Origin: Macrostomum lignano
Lineage: Eukaryota
Direction of reading: 5' to 3'
NCBI GenBank assembly: GCA_002269645.1
Contig: NIVC01002396.1
Location: 68,769-132,768, forward strand
DNA: 64,000 bases
Below the pieces are notes generated by a model. That model did not search any database, had not been told where the DNA came from, and saw only the letters and a program-made list of their open reading frames with translations. Position numbers and translations under genes: made by a program. Of the stretch, positions 32,083-64,000 are shown in pieces (positions within the stretch are counted from its first letter, which is position 1; each line of letters starts with the position of its first letter).

Positions 32083-34891
32083 TGTTGTTTATGTAAGCAG
32101 TATTATTTTATTAATTACAAGCATGCATTAAAATAGCCATATAAGAAAGATGTACAAATTATAAGATATTATAAGATCAATTGTTTTATACAATTTTAGG
32201 CTTATACTCGTAAAATAGGTAAGCCACATGTCCGATAGTACAAAATTTTAGTTTTGTACATTATAAATTTTTTAAGGCCTTACTAGATATCATTTATAGA
32301 AATATTTAAACTTTCTAATTTTAAAAGTTTTGCAAAATATAAAAACCTTAATATATTAACTTTCCCTTTGTATTGAGCTTATGCCTTCCAAAAAAATTTG
32401 TTTATTCTTAAAATGGCAATGTCCAATGAACGATAGCAATAGCTTTATAAAATTAGACACAAAATATAACTAGTGAAATTTTAGAGAAAATAGAGTTTCC
32501 ACAAGCATTTAAAGAATACTTTACATATATAATTTGTTTTAACTTTAGCTATATATAAGACTTATCACCTAATTTGCTTAGATTATTGTTGAATTTGCTT
32601 TTGCTAAATTTGTCTATATTAAATTTTTATTGCCAAATTTGTTTATTACCAAATTTGTCTATATCCCACTACACTATTACTAGGTTGATCTACACTAGAT
32701 GCTATTTGCTAAATGCCCATATGCTACAATTAAGGACTTAGGGTATACTAGCACATTAATCCTTCATGGGGGCATTCAAATAAAAAATTCAAATATAGAA
32801 AGGATGAAATTTATTTAAATATTTGACCCACTTTTAATTTGAAATTTTCCTCAAAAAATTATATGTTGCTGAAAATTTGCAATTTTTGTAAAGCTAATTT
32901 AAAAAATTGCCAAATGGTTCTTGAGAAAATCAATGACAGATAGACAAACAATGCAAAATTAGTATATAGTCTAGATTATGGACAAGCAAACATACAAACC
33001 TTAGAGATTTAGTATATTTAGATGTCATGCTTGCCATATTATTAAAACAAAATGAATATATATATAAGTAGAAAACATCTTGTATAGATAACTGAACAAA
33101 TTGGTGTACTTGCAACTTGAATAAGTTTAAATTAAGTCTTCAAAAATAAAAAAATCTAATTTAAGTTGTCAAAAGCCTGATTTTAATTTTAATGCCCAAT
33201 GAGTAACAAAAAATTGAATACATAAGGCCTATAGGCTTAAGTATAGTTGGCAGCTAGGTTGAGAAACCTAGCCCTAGTTGGACCTAACTAAGCTTAAGCC
33301 TATGTATGTCTATAAGCCTATAAGCCTATGTAAGCCTATGTAAGCCTATGTATTCAATTTTTTAGGTAATAGGTAAGGTTAAAGTTTAATATACAATAAT
33401 ATGTTTGTGATTCTGTGCAACCTGCAACCATACACCTGGGATCAAAGTTTTTCTACACACTTGACAAGACATCTGATTCGTGGTATATATTATATATAGC
33501 CTGTACAGTGCAAAAAGCAATACAAAATAAAATAAAAGTTTTATCTATAACATAATAAATTTAAAAGCTGTTTTGATTGATATTCATTGTAATTTTTAAG
33601 ACTTTGCTGAGAAGTTTAGTTTTAGAGTAAGGGGCCTATACAAAAAAGTTTAATGAGCATATTTGCATTTGTATTACGTTACAATTTTACAAACAGCTGG
33701 ATAAGTTTAACTTAGAAGAGAAGGTAAAATTTAATAACTACAGTACCTTAAATTAGGATTGACACATTCTAGTATTCCTAGATTAAAACAAGAGCACGAG
33801 CACTACACACATGTATAAAACGTTAGATGCAGTTCTAAAAACCGTAAAATCTACAAAAAAATCTGTCGCCGGATCGTCTGTCGCCAGGTGCAAATTCGGT
33901 ACCTTTTCGGATAAGATCGGTTACAGTCGGGTGTTCGCCGCTTTGACTGTCGCCGGATTGTCTGTCGCCGGATCGTCTTGTCGCCGGATTCACTGGAAGC
34001 TTAGCTAGCCCTTCAACTGCTATATAGATCGATGCGGAACAGTCACGCATTAATGTTTAAAAAATAATTTTTTAATGGCTCAGTAGTAAACAAAATATTC
34101 CACTTTCAAAGCTTTAGAAGAGCTAATTTTATCCTTTCTATTTTAAGTATATAAGATTAATATCTTATTTACCTCTGTTAATACACTTGCTATTAAGTAG
34201 TTATTTTTAATAGTAGTGTTCAAAACGAAAAACTACGCGCTATATACGGTAGGACCGGAGTTTAGCTGACTTTTATTCAACAACAAATAAGTCCAGTTTG
34301 TGATACCATAATTTAAAAAATATGAGCCCAGATATGGTTAAAATGTACTAGCAATAAATTTCTTCAGTCCTAACTAGTATTTTTAATAAAGAAGTTTAGT
34401 TAAGAGCTAGGCAAGGCCCATGTTTGTGGACTATCTCTTGTAGTAGAGTCTAAACTATAGGCCTAGATATCTCCAGGGTTTAGACTCTTCATTGGAATAA
34501 TAATAAAAATTTTGCAGTAGTTTCAAAGTGTAATTTATAATCGTCATTTGTTAGAACGCAGGCAACAGTAGGTGTACACAAGTTGGCTTCAGTTTGTCTA
34601 TTTTCATCAAAACCTTTCTGGCCAATTGCCCTTATAAAAATGTTATAATTCTAGAACGTCAGAATTTGGGAGTAAGTTTATTAGATTAAATAATAAAACT
34701 AAAGCTTAGATCTGCATTGAGATTGACTAAGTCAATAGACATAAGCCATTTAAAATTCAGTCTTTATTCAAAACAAATTAAAATTAAAAAAGTAATTTAT
34801 TCAGGCTATTTTTTAGCTTAGCCTTTATTAAATTATAAAAAATTGCATTATTCTTTGATTTTTACAAGTAATTCAAAAGTCTAGCTAAATT

Positions 34892-51947
<17,056 letters not shown>

Positions 51948-52189
51948 ACTCTTGGCCTCATCATTATTATGCAACATGTAGATTTCGACTTTCTATGGCT
52001 GGTCTTTTGCGCCCCGCTAGTTTTTAATACGAGCGCGTATGGCTCCTAGTTTAATCTGTGTATTGCTTATCAGCTGTGCTCTCTGTCCCTTGCGTGTGAA
52101 CTTGTAAAATGGGAGCCCGTCCACTCACTGGCTGTTTTCGGCTTTCAATGGCTTTTGTGGCTTAGTTGTTACTGAGACTACATTCTCTG

Positions 52190-52720
52190 GTTGGGTCAAG
52201 GTGTTCCGGTCTGATGACTGACTCTAGTGGGTCAAGGTGTTCCGGTCTGATGACTGACTCTAGTGGGTCAAGGTGTTCCGGTCTGATGACTGACTCTAGT
52301 GGGTCAAGGTGTTCCGGTCTGATGACTGACTCTAGTCGGTCAAGGTGTTCCGGTCTGATGACTGACTCTAGTGGGTCAAGGTGTGCGGGTCTGATGACTG
52401 ACTCTAGTCGGTCAAGGTGTTCCGGTCTGATGACTGACTCTAGTGGGTCAAGGTGTGCGGGTCTGATGACTGACTCTAGTCGGTCAAGGTGTTCCGGTCT
52501 GATGACTGACTCTAGTGGGTCAAGGTGTTCCGGTCTGATGACTGACTCTAGTCGGTCAAGATGTTCCGGTCTGATGACTGACTCTAGTGGGTCAAGGTGT
52601 TCCGGTCTGATGACTGACTCTAGTGGGTCAAGGTGTGCGGGTCTGATGACTGACTCTAGATGGTCAAGGTGTGCGGGTTTGATGACTGACTCTAGTGGGT
52701 CAGGGCTTCGGTCTGTCTGA
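52190..52720. repeat. 36-bp minisatellite downstream of the GRK2 stop codon
   Basis: Unit GGTCAAGGTGTTCCGGTCTGATGACTGACTCTAGTG. Confidence 0.92.
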
Positions 52721-54364
52721 CCTGACCCTCGAGTAGTGCGAAGCCAAAGGCTCTGTGTCTTGTTGCTAGGCGATAGTGAACAAAAGCTTAGCGCCATATA
52801 TATATTCTAATTTTGCTTTTTAATACCGCATTCGCCTCATGTTTCTAGTCATGGCCAACCCGTCTGTCTGGCCTCTGATTATCTCTGTCTCTCTCAGTTT
52901 TGTTTTACACAAGCAGTTGCTGTTTTATTTTATTAGTCATAAACTGTGCAATATTAGCCCACATATCCCTTTTGTTGGAGGGCACATTAATTATTAATTT
53001 ATTATCACTATTAACAGTCGTCTACTAATAGTAATATGTAAATATGTCCCAGATGTCCGGCACAGCTGTACATAGGCCATCTCAATCGCAATGTACAGTG
53101 GGCTATAACGCTTATACTGTCTTTATTTTCTCTACGCTCCACACGCTCGCACAGAACCAGCGTGTTCGCGCCTGGCAATACAAATTTATTAAAGTTGTTA
53201 TATTCGTTTGTACTACTTGTTCGGCTTTTTCTATCTAAATATACACTGTTATAACACGCTGTGTGACCTTTTTAGCCAATCTGCGATTCTGTTTTTCAAT
53301 TTCTATTTTGTGTAACTATTGATAATTATGAAGAACAAAATACTGTTTTGCTATTTATGCAGAGCAAGCACTAAACGCTAGTCTTACTAAACACGCGTTG
53401 TTTTGATTGTCAATACACGCGCAGAAGCTACTGTCAGTAGTCGCTAATGTTTATTACGCGCCTCTATTTTTGTTGCTTAAAATAAAGTTGAAATCAGCTT
53501 CTTTGTTATCAAGTGTACCTGTAATTTACAGATTCGCACCTGCGCTGCCCCCTTATCTCCCATTGTTTTAGTAGAAGCCCCAACTGCAGATGATTGATTG
53601 GCTAGGCCACGAGTACAGTTTCTTTACATATAAAAATAAATCTACTGATGGATTGCGCAGGCAATAAGAGGGCACAAATTTTACCTGTGTAAGTCTGTTT
53701 GTGAGTCCCTTTCAATTAAAATAAGTGCAAACGTGTCCAGTTGAACTTTATTCACATTGAAATAACAAAATCCATTGAAACGCTGATTGATAAATTGTAG
53801 AGCACTGCTCATTAATGCAAGTATTTATTTAAGAGGCTTTCCGGGTAATATAATTTAACCAGCCAGTCTATTTTCATTAGATAGAACAGGTTAGCGCTAA
53901 TGGAACTTGTAAATCACAGCAAGCGGAGACGCAGTTAGCACCAGATCAGCCGGCACAGCCAGTAGTTAGTTGTCTTATAAAAAACCCTTTTCACTCTACT
54001 GCCGTCAGTAGTAATACTAACATTTCAGTCGGCTATAAGCAATATCAATACATGGAAAAATTAGCTAGCATGTCCCGCAGAGGCTACTAAAAATACACAG
54101 TTGTTTCATCAGGCCAGCTTTAATGACGCAGATAGTTGAATACATTGATAAAAGAAACAGCACAGGTTGTTGCTATTTAGAACTAGGACGGACAAACTAA
54201 TAAGAACAGGACGGACGGAATGAACGAAGCGAAATAAAAAAGTAAAAAAACGATCAAATCGATACGCACAACCGTATCAAAGGTAAGCAAAACTCCGTTG
54301 CTATGCAGTTAAAACAAACGTCAACTGACACAGTGGATTCATAAAAAATGGAAATGGACGGTCT

Positions 54365-57300
54365 TCAATCAATAAACCTGATTTGCTGATCGCCGGTTGC
54401 CGCAAATCGGCCGTTGCCACCGACGCCAACGGTTGTCAAGGGCATGCGGCCGCCGTAACCAACGGCCGTTGGGGCCGTAGTAGCGCGATAATTCTGCGGC
54501 TGCTGCTGTTGCTTCTGTGTCGAATTCTGCCTACCGACAATCGGCGCCGCTGATGCCGACGACGGACTGCAGAAATTTGGCAGGCTGGCGCCGGCGACGC
54601 CCCCCGAGGTCGCCGGCCTCGCGTGCCGCTCAACCCGCACGCTGGTGGCCTGCCGCTGCGACTGCTGAGCCGCAGCTGACATGCCGCCGCCGGGCAAATC
54701 GGACTGGACCAACAGTGGGGCGCGCTGCCGCTGCTGCTGTGGAATGCGGCCTGACTGGGATCTGCGAATGTGTGCCCGTTCGCGGGATAAACGATGGGAC
54801 TTGATTAGGGAGGATTTCTCAACCGGTTGAGAATGTCGAAATATTGCCAGAGAATGTCGGATGATTGTTGGAGAACGCCGTAAGATTGTCGGAGAATGTC
54901 AGAGAACGCTGCTGAATGTCGGATGAATGTTGGCGAATTTTGAATCATGTCGGATGGTTGTTTGAGAATGTTGGAAGATTGCCGGAGATAATTTTGGGAT
55001 ACTCGTAAATGTCGGAGAATGTTAGAAGATTGCTGGCCCAGAGATTGTGTGATAAATGTCGGAGAATTTCGGAGAATTTCGGAAGATTGCCAGAGAATGT
55101 CGGAGAATTTTGGAAGATTGCCGGATAAATGTCGAAGAACGATGCATTGTGATCAGTGGTAAAATCATGAATGAACGCAAGGAATGCAACAACCAGCAGA
55201 AATCAGTCGACCCGCACAGTCTACCTGACAGGTGACTGGTGCTGCTGCTGACGCCGCGCTGCCGTCCCCCCTGGCGGCGCCGTCGCGACTTGCATCGGTG
55301 GTTGAGCCGGCAGTCGACCGCGCGACGAAGGGCGCGGCGAACGCGCCATCGGCTTCGAATCGTCCGCCTCCTCGTCAGCGACCGAACCGTTGCCATGGTT
55401 ACCATTGACTGCGGCGGCAGCTGGATCCTCCGGGCCGACTCCGGTGCCGCCGAATACGCGCATCGCCTCTAAATTAAGCGCACTTACGCCGCGCATCAGA
55501 GCTTCGCGCATCGAGGCTTCGGCTCGTTCGCGCTCGGCCCGTTCCAACCGGAGCTCCGATCTGGCCGCCTCGAGCTCGGCCTGCGGGAGGGGGAGGTGTT
55601 TGCAGGGATGCAAGCCGAGTTCCAAGGGGCGGAAATGTGGAGGGGCTGAGTTTCAAGGGGCGGAAATGTGGAGGGGCTGAGTTCCAAGGGGCGGAAATGT
55701 GGAGGGGCTGAGTTCCAAGGGGCGGAAATGTGGAGGGGCTGAGTTCCAAGGGGCGGATATGTGGAGGGGCTGAGTTCCAAGGGGCGGAAATGTGGAGGGG
55801 TTTAGTTCCAAGGGGCGGAAATGTGGAGGGGCTGAGTTCCAAGGGGCGGATATGTGGAGGGGCTGAGTTTCAAGGGGCGGAAACGGTATTGACGGGATTC
55901 CAGAGGGGAGGAAATCCTGAGCACAGAGTGATACTAAAAGAAGCCTCCCACCTGCAGCCGCTGCAGCTTGTCCTCGCACTCGGCGCCCAGCTCCTCGCAG
56001 ACGCGCATCGCTTTCTCCTGGCAGCCGCGCTCGACCAGCTGGCGCCAAGTTGTCTCCAGTCGGCCCTTCCAGGCGGCCAGGGCCCGGCGGGCCAGCGCCC
56101 TCTGATAATGCTGCTCGGCCAGCCGCTCCTGCGCCGACTCCCTTCTAGCCGCCTCTAATCTGGCGCGCCAGTCGGCAAAACTGCGCGCCGCCCTGATTCG
56201 TTCGTGCGCGCCTAGCAGGCGCTGCCTGGCGCCGTCAAGCTCGGCCTCTTTGGTTGTCAGGGCGGCCCGATGCGCGGCTACAGACTCGCGCAGACGGTCG
56301 TTTTCGTCGCGCAAGTGGCGCATATCGACTAGCAGGCGGGCCTTCTCCTCCCTGGGGTAACGCATGGTTAGTGTGCAGTCCTTTGCATTATTGCAAGCTC
56401 TGTTTTTTACACTTAAATCACGTCTTATAATCTAAAATATAAACTTCACCTCAGATGACCTCTAACACACTGTGAATCATATAGTCATACACTTGACCTC
56501 AGATGACCTCTAACACACTGAGGCATACAACTCCTACACTTGACCTCAGATGACCTCTAACACACTGAGGCATACAACTCCTACACTTGACCTCAGATGA
56601 CCTCTAACACACTGTGAATCATATAGTCATACACTTGACCCCACATGACCTCTAACACACTGAGGCATACAACCCCTACACTTGACCTCAGATAACCTCT
56701 AACACACTGTGAGGCATACAACCCCTACACTTGACCTCAGATAACCTCTAACACACTGTGAGGCATACAACCCCTACACTTGACCTCAGATAACCTCTAA
56801 CACACTGTGAGGCATACAACCCCAACACTTGACCTCAGATAACCTCTAACACACTGTGAGGCATACAACCCCAACACTTGACCTCAGATAACCTCTAACA
56901 CACTGTGAGGCATACAACCCCTACACTTGACCTCAGATAACCTCTAACACACTGTGAGGCATACAACCCCAACACTTGACCTCAGATAACCTCTAACACA
57001 CTGTGAGGCATACAACCCCTACACTTGACTTCAGTTGACCTCTAACACACTGTGAGGCATACAACCCCTACACTTGAGCTCAGTTGACCTCTAACACACT
57101 GTGAGGCATACAACCCCTACACTTGAGCTCAGTTGACCTCTAACACACTGTGAGGCATACAACCCCAACACTTGACCTCAGTTGACCTCTAACACACTGT
57201 GAGGCATACAACCCCTACACTTCACTTCAGTTGACCTTTATGAAATTATGAATAATGTAATCCACCTGACTAGCCGTTCCGCTCGATCTCGCAGGTCGAG

Positions 57301-58620
57301 TTTCACCCGATGATTCGCCTCAATCATTCGCCGGCTGAGATCTTCGCACCAGCGGCCGAGGGTCTGAGACAGACGATAGTCAGCGTCGCTGGCGTGCAGC
57401 AGGCTGCCGAGGTCCTGCTCGAACTCCGGGCGCCGGCTGAAAACCTGATCAATCTGCTGCGACTGCGTCAGCGGGGGCGGCGGCGGCGGGGGCGGCTGCT
57501 GTTGCTGTTGCTGTTGCTGCTGAGGCTGGCTTGAAGACGGAGCTGTTAAAGAATGGAGGCGATAGAGGTGCAATTAACGCTGAGAAAGCCAGCTGAAAGT
57601 CTGTAAACTTCTGTATCTCAGCCTGTAACCTTCTGTATCCCAGCCTGTAAAGTTCTGTATCTCAGCCTGTAAAGTTCTGTATCTCAGCCTGTAACCTTCT
57701 GTATCCCAGCCTGTAAAGTTCTGTATCTCAGCCTGTAACCTTCTGTATCCCAGCCTGTAAAGTTCTGTATCGCAGCCTGTAACCTTCTGTATCACACCGT
57801 AACCCGAATCTTAGCCTGTAACCAATGAATATAAGCCTGCAATCTCCTGTATCTCATTCTGTAACTTGTATCTCAGCCTTAACTTCAGTATCTCAGCCTT
57901 AACTTCAGTATCTCAGCTGGTAACCTTCTGTATCTCAGTCTGTAATCTGTACATTGGTCTGTAATCCTCGTATTTCAGTCTGAAGTCTCCCTCTAACTCA
58001 ATTAGTTATACGAAATCCTTCAAGCCAGCAGAATCCCAGCATTTCTCAATCTCTCGTCATTCACACCCAGAGGATTTCTCACCGTCCATTCCGCAGTCGA
58101 CAAGCGCCTGATGCTCGCCAGCCGCTTTGAGCGACTCCATCAGTGGCGCGCCAGTATTGCCTAAGCCGTCAATCAGCTGAGTCTTAGTGGGATCGAATCC
58201 TTCGCCGTCAGCTTCGTCCTCATCGACAACGGCGCTTCTCTGCGACGGTGTAACGGAACCGTCCTCTTCGGCGTCGTCAGTTTCCTCAGCTGGGTCGTCT
58301 TGTTCTACAGTTTGCTCCGCTTCGGTGCCATTCATTCGCAGCTGTTGCATCGCCGCTCGTGCTTGAGATTGAGTTGGCAGCGGCGGTATCGGCGGAGGCT
58401 CCTGCTGCTGTTGCTCCTGCTGCTGCTGCTGGTCGAGCTGGATGCCGAAATGCGGCACAGCGTAGGACAGCAGGCTGTCGTATTCGCGCTGCAACGACGA
58501 CGAAATTGAGGAGCCCGGCGAGTCCAGAGCGTCGCGCTGGTGCGGCTCCAGCGGCGGCGGCTGCTGTACAGTCAGGGCAGTGAAAGCAGATGGAGCATCT
58601 GCAGACTGCTGCTGCTGCAT
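54365..58620 (-). CDS. POC5: Centrosomal protein POC5, 5 coding exons
   Basis: Exons (minus strand): 58620-58083, 57542-57266, 56351-55952, 55580-55225, 54761-54365; GT-AG, phases compatible. Conserved FADWR..., ERGCQEKAMRVCEEL, MREALMRGVSALNLEAM and C-terminal SVRVERH. An AG just before the ATG allows for further upstream exons. Confidence 0.85.
55615..55885. repeat. 31-bp G-rich minisatellite, POC5 intron 3
   Basis: Unit GGGGCGGAAATGTGGAGGGGCTGAGTTCCAA. Confidence 0.9.
56445..57235. repeat. 49-bp satellite, POC5 intron 2
   Basis: Unit ACACTTGACCTCAGATAACCTCTAACACACTGTGAGGCATACAACCCCT. Confidence 0.92.
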
Positions 58621-59190
58621 GCTGAGCTTTTAATCATATGAAATTAAATATAGGGCATTTTATTTTAGTGCATCTCATTTAATGTTAATGATCTAACAGT
58701 GTAAGAGTTCTGTAAGGTCCTAGACTCGAGTCACCACGCATGTCTAAAAATGGTCAACAATATTTCGCCTGAATACCTGAAAGAAGTTTCAGTTTGTATC
58801 CTCTGTATCTCAGTCTGTAGCCTTCTGTATCTTAGTCTGTAGCCTTCTGTATCTGTCTGTAACCTGTATCTCAGCATGTAACCTGTATCTCAGTCTGTAG
58901 CTTCTGTATCTCAGTCTGTAGCGTTCTGTATCTTAGTCTATAACCTTCTGTATCTATGTCTGTAACCTGTATCTCAGCATGTAACCTGTATCTCAGTCTG
59001 TAGCGTTCTGTATCTTAGTCTATAACCTTCTGTATCTTTGTCTGTAACCTGTATCTCAGTCTAACCTGTATCTTTGTCTGTAACCTGTATCTCAGCTAGT
59101 CTGTAGCCTGTATCTCAGCTAGTCTGTAGCCTGTATCTCGTATGTAACCTTCTGTATCTCAGTCTGTGACCTATATCTTAGTCTGTAACC
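57600..59190. repeat. CTGTATCTCAG-type minisatellite in two blocks (57600-57960 and 58795-59190) flanking POC5 coding exon 1
   Basis: Both blocks are built from CTGTATCTCAG(C/T)CTGTA(A/G)CC units; the span also includes the exon between them. Confidence 0.75.
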
Positions 59191-59782
59191 CTGACTTTCT
59201 TCTCATCATCATCAGGCAGTGTACACGCTGTTGCCTTGATGCTTGGGCCCCTCGTGGGTGTGAATCCTACGACAAGGCACAGGTGTGAGAATCAGGCACC
59301 CTGATATGTTTTGAAGACTTGCTATGGGATTTCTTAGAAACTGAAGCTGAAAATATGCAGAAAAAATGAAAAAGCAGAATACCAGCGTAGAACAATTATA
59401 ATTTTATTAAACCGCTGGCTATTTAAATTTAAACCACAACAACGAAAATAACAATAGTTAGTAATAGGAATTTACAAAAATTGATTTCATGACTGATGAT
59501 GATGTTAGCATAAAACAATGAGCGCAAAATATGTTTAAAGAAGTACTAAATAACTAATTAATTTTCGGTTGCAATAATACGAGCGTAGAAAATTATTAAC
59601 AGTAGTAATAGACCGACATATTTATCAACCAACTAGTCTTGCATAGTACGGAGAAGCATTAAAGAAATGTAGAGAAACAAGCTGCCAAAAACCGAATTAC
59701 TAATTATAATTACTTACATAAAATACAACAACAAACAGTTGGGGAGGGAGACAGCGCTGGAGGTTTAAGTGAGGCTAGAGAG

Positions 59783-59850
<68 letters not shown>

Positions 59851-59912
59851 GCACCGATTCTATAATAACTTAATAGGTCACTTTCACACATTTAACAAAA
59901 CCTTTATCCTAC

Positions 59913-60197
59913 TTACAGCAGCGAGTAAAGAAAACGAAAGCTATTTTCGGCCAAAGAGGCAGGCAGTCACGTGACACATCATTGCAATAGCCAATACATT
60001 GGCCAAGCGCGGCAGATAATGTACATGGCTGTTTAGCCCCCTCCCCACCCAGCCAGGACGCGAGCGATGGGGGAAATAAAATAGGGGGGGGGCAGAGAAG
60101 CGACAGGGGCGTAGAGTTTGCGTGGAATGGCGCGAACGATAGGCCAGTAGGAAGTCAGGAAGGAGGTAAGATACTACTGAGCTGATAATAGCTTAAT
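59913..60197 (+). repeat. Unclassified ~300-bp interspersed repeat, copy 3
   Basis: GTCACGTGACACA, GATAATGTACATGG, CCAGGACGCGAGCGATGGGGG and TACTACTGAGCTGATAATAGCTTAA, collinear with copies 1 and 2. Confidence 0.7.
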
Positions 60198-60511
60198 AGC
60201 GCATGAGCTGAGTGACCTATCTAGTTATTAAATTGACACTAGCGGTCCGGATGAAGACAAGAAGCATCGAGGCTGGCTACGTTCTGCATGTAACAAAGGA
60301 GTTTATAGAAAATGCTGCAAAAAAACTAACGGGGCCGAACGGGCTTTACCTGTTTAATTGTACAAAACTAATGAACATGAACTTTGATAAAAATGGATAT
60401 AAAAGGTTGCATGCAACATCATTATGATAGAAAAAAACATGTCATTGCGCTTCGAACAACTGCACAATTCGCAAATATAAGACCTGAAAAACATTTGTGA
60501 CAGGACAGAGT

Positions 60512-64000
<3,489 letters not shown>

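Noticed and set aside
52190-52720. C/D-box snoRNA array (TGATGA and CTGA in every unit)
   Set aside because: The boxes abut with no guide region or terminal stem, and the units are a simple tandem repeat.
59966-60002. GTCACGTGAC and CCAAT boxes as the native POC5 promoter
   Set aside because: The E-box belongs to the three-copy interspersed repeat, so it is not gene-specific evidence, and the TSS is unknown.

Overview
Eukaryotic (metazoan) genomic DNA with GC-rich exons and introns that are nearly all filled with their own tandem repeat. The style suggests a free-living flatworm such as Macrostomum, but this is inference only. Six intron-containing host genes can be assembled by hand: DPP7 (+, 396-8574), an LRRC74-like LRR/EF-hand gene (-, 10375-18154), spermine synthase SMS (-, 27737-32082), GRK2/beta-ARK (+, 34892-51947), POC5 (-, 54365-58620) and the 3' part of SMC3 (-, 60512-64000). 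Mobile DNA: (1) a complete BEL/Pao LTR retrotransposon (18768-26946; LTRs identical by eye, 5-bp TSD, intact 1844-aa ORF) whose 5' LTR is split by a mariner element with one nonsense codon; (2) a 5'-truncated RNase H-bearing LINE with a 13-bp TSD in an SMS intron; (3) a tRNA-derived SINE in two copies and an unclassified ~300-bp repeat in three copies; (4) an intact 3.28-kb DNA transposon in GRK2 intron 4 (42973-46254), the most interesting object. It has 241-bp TIRs starting CACAG, a 4-bp TSD, a RAG1-like N-terminal zinc finger, a RAG1/Transib-like DDE core and ends resembling a heptamer-23 bp-A-tract, and is best classed as Chapaev-type. Other signals: CpG loss restricted to the 5' parts of three housekeeping-type genes, a GC-AG intron, an RFX X-box, a 49-bp satellite built on DR4 nuclear-receptor motifs in two neighbouring genes, and two -1 frameshifts in SMC3 that are probably assembly errors. 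Most long ORFs in the ORF track are artefacts of tandem repeats. All alignments and counts were done by eye, and repeat boundaries are approximate.
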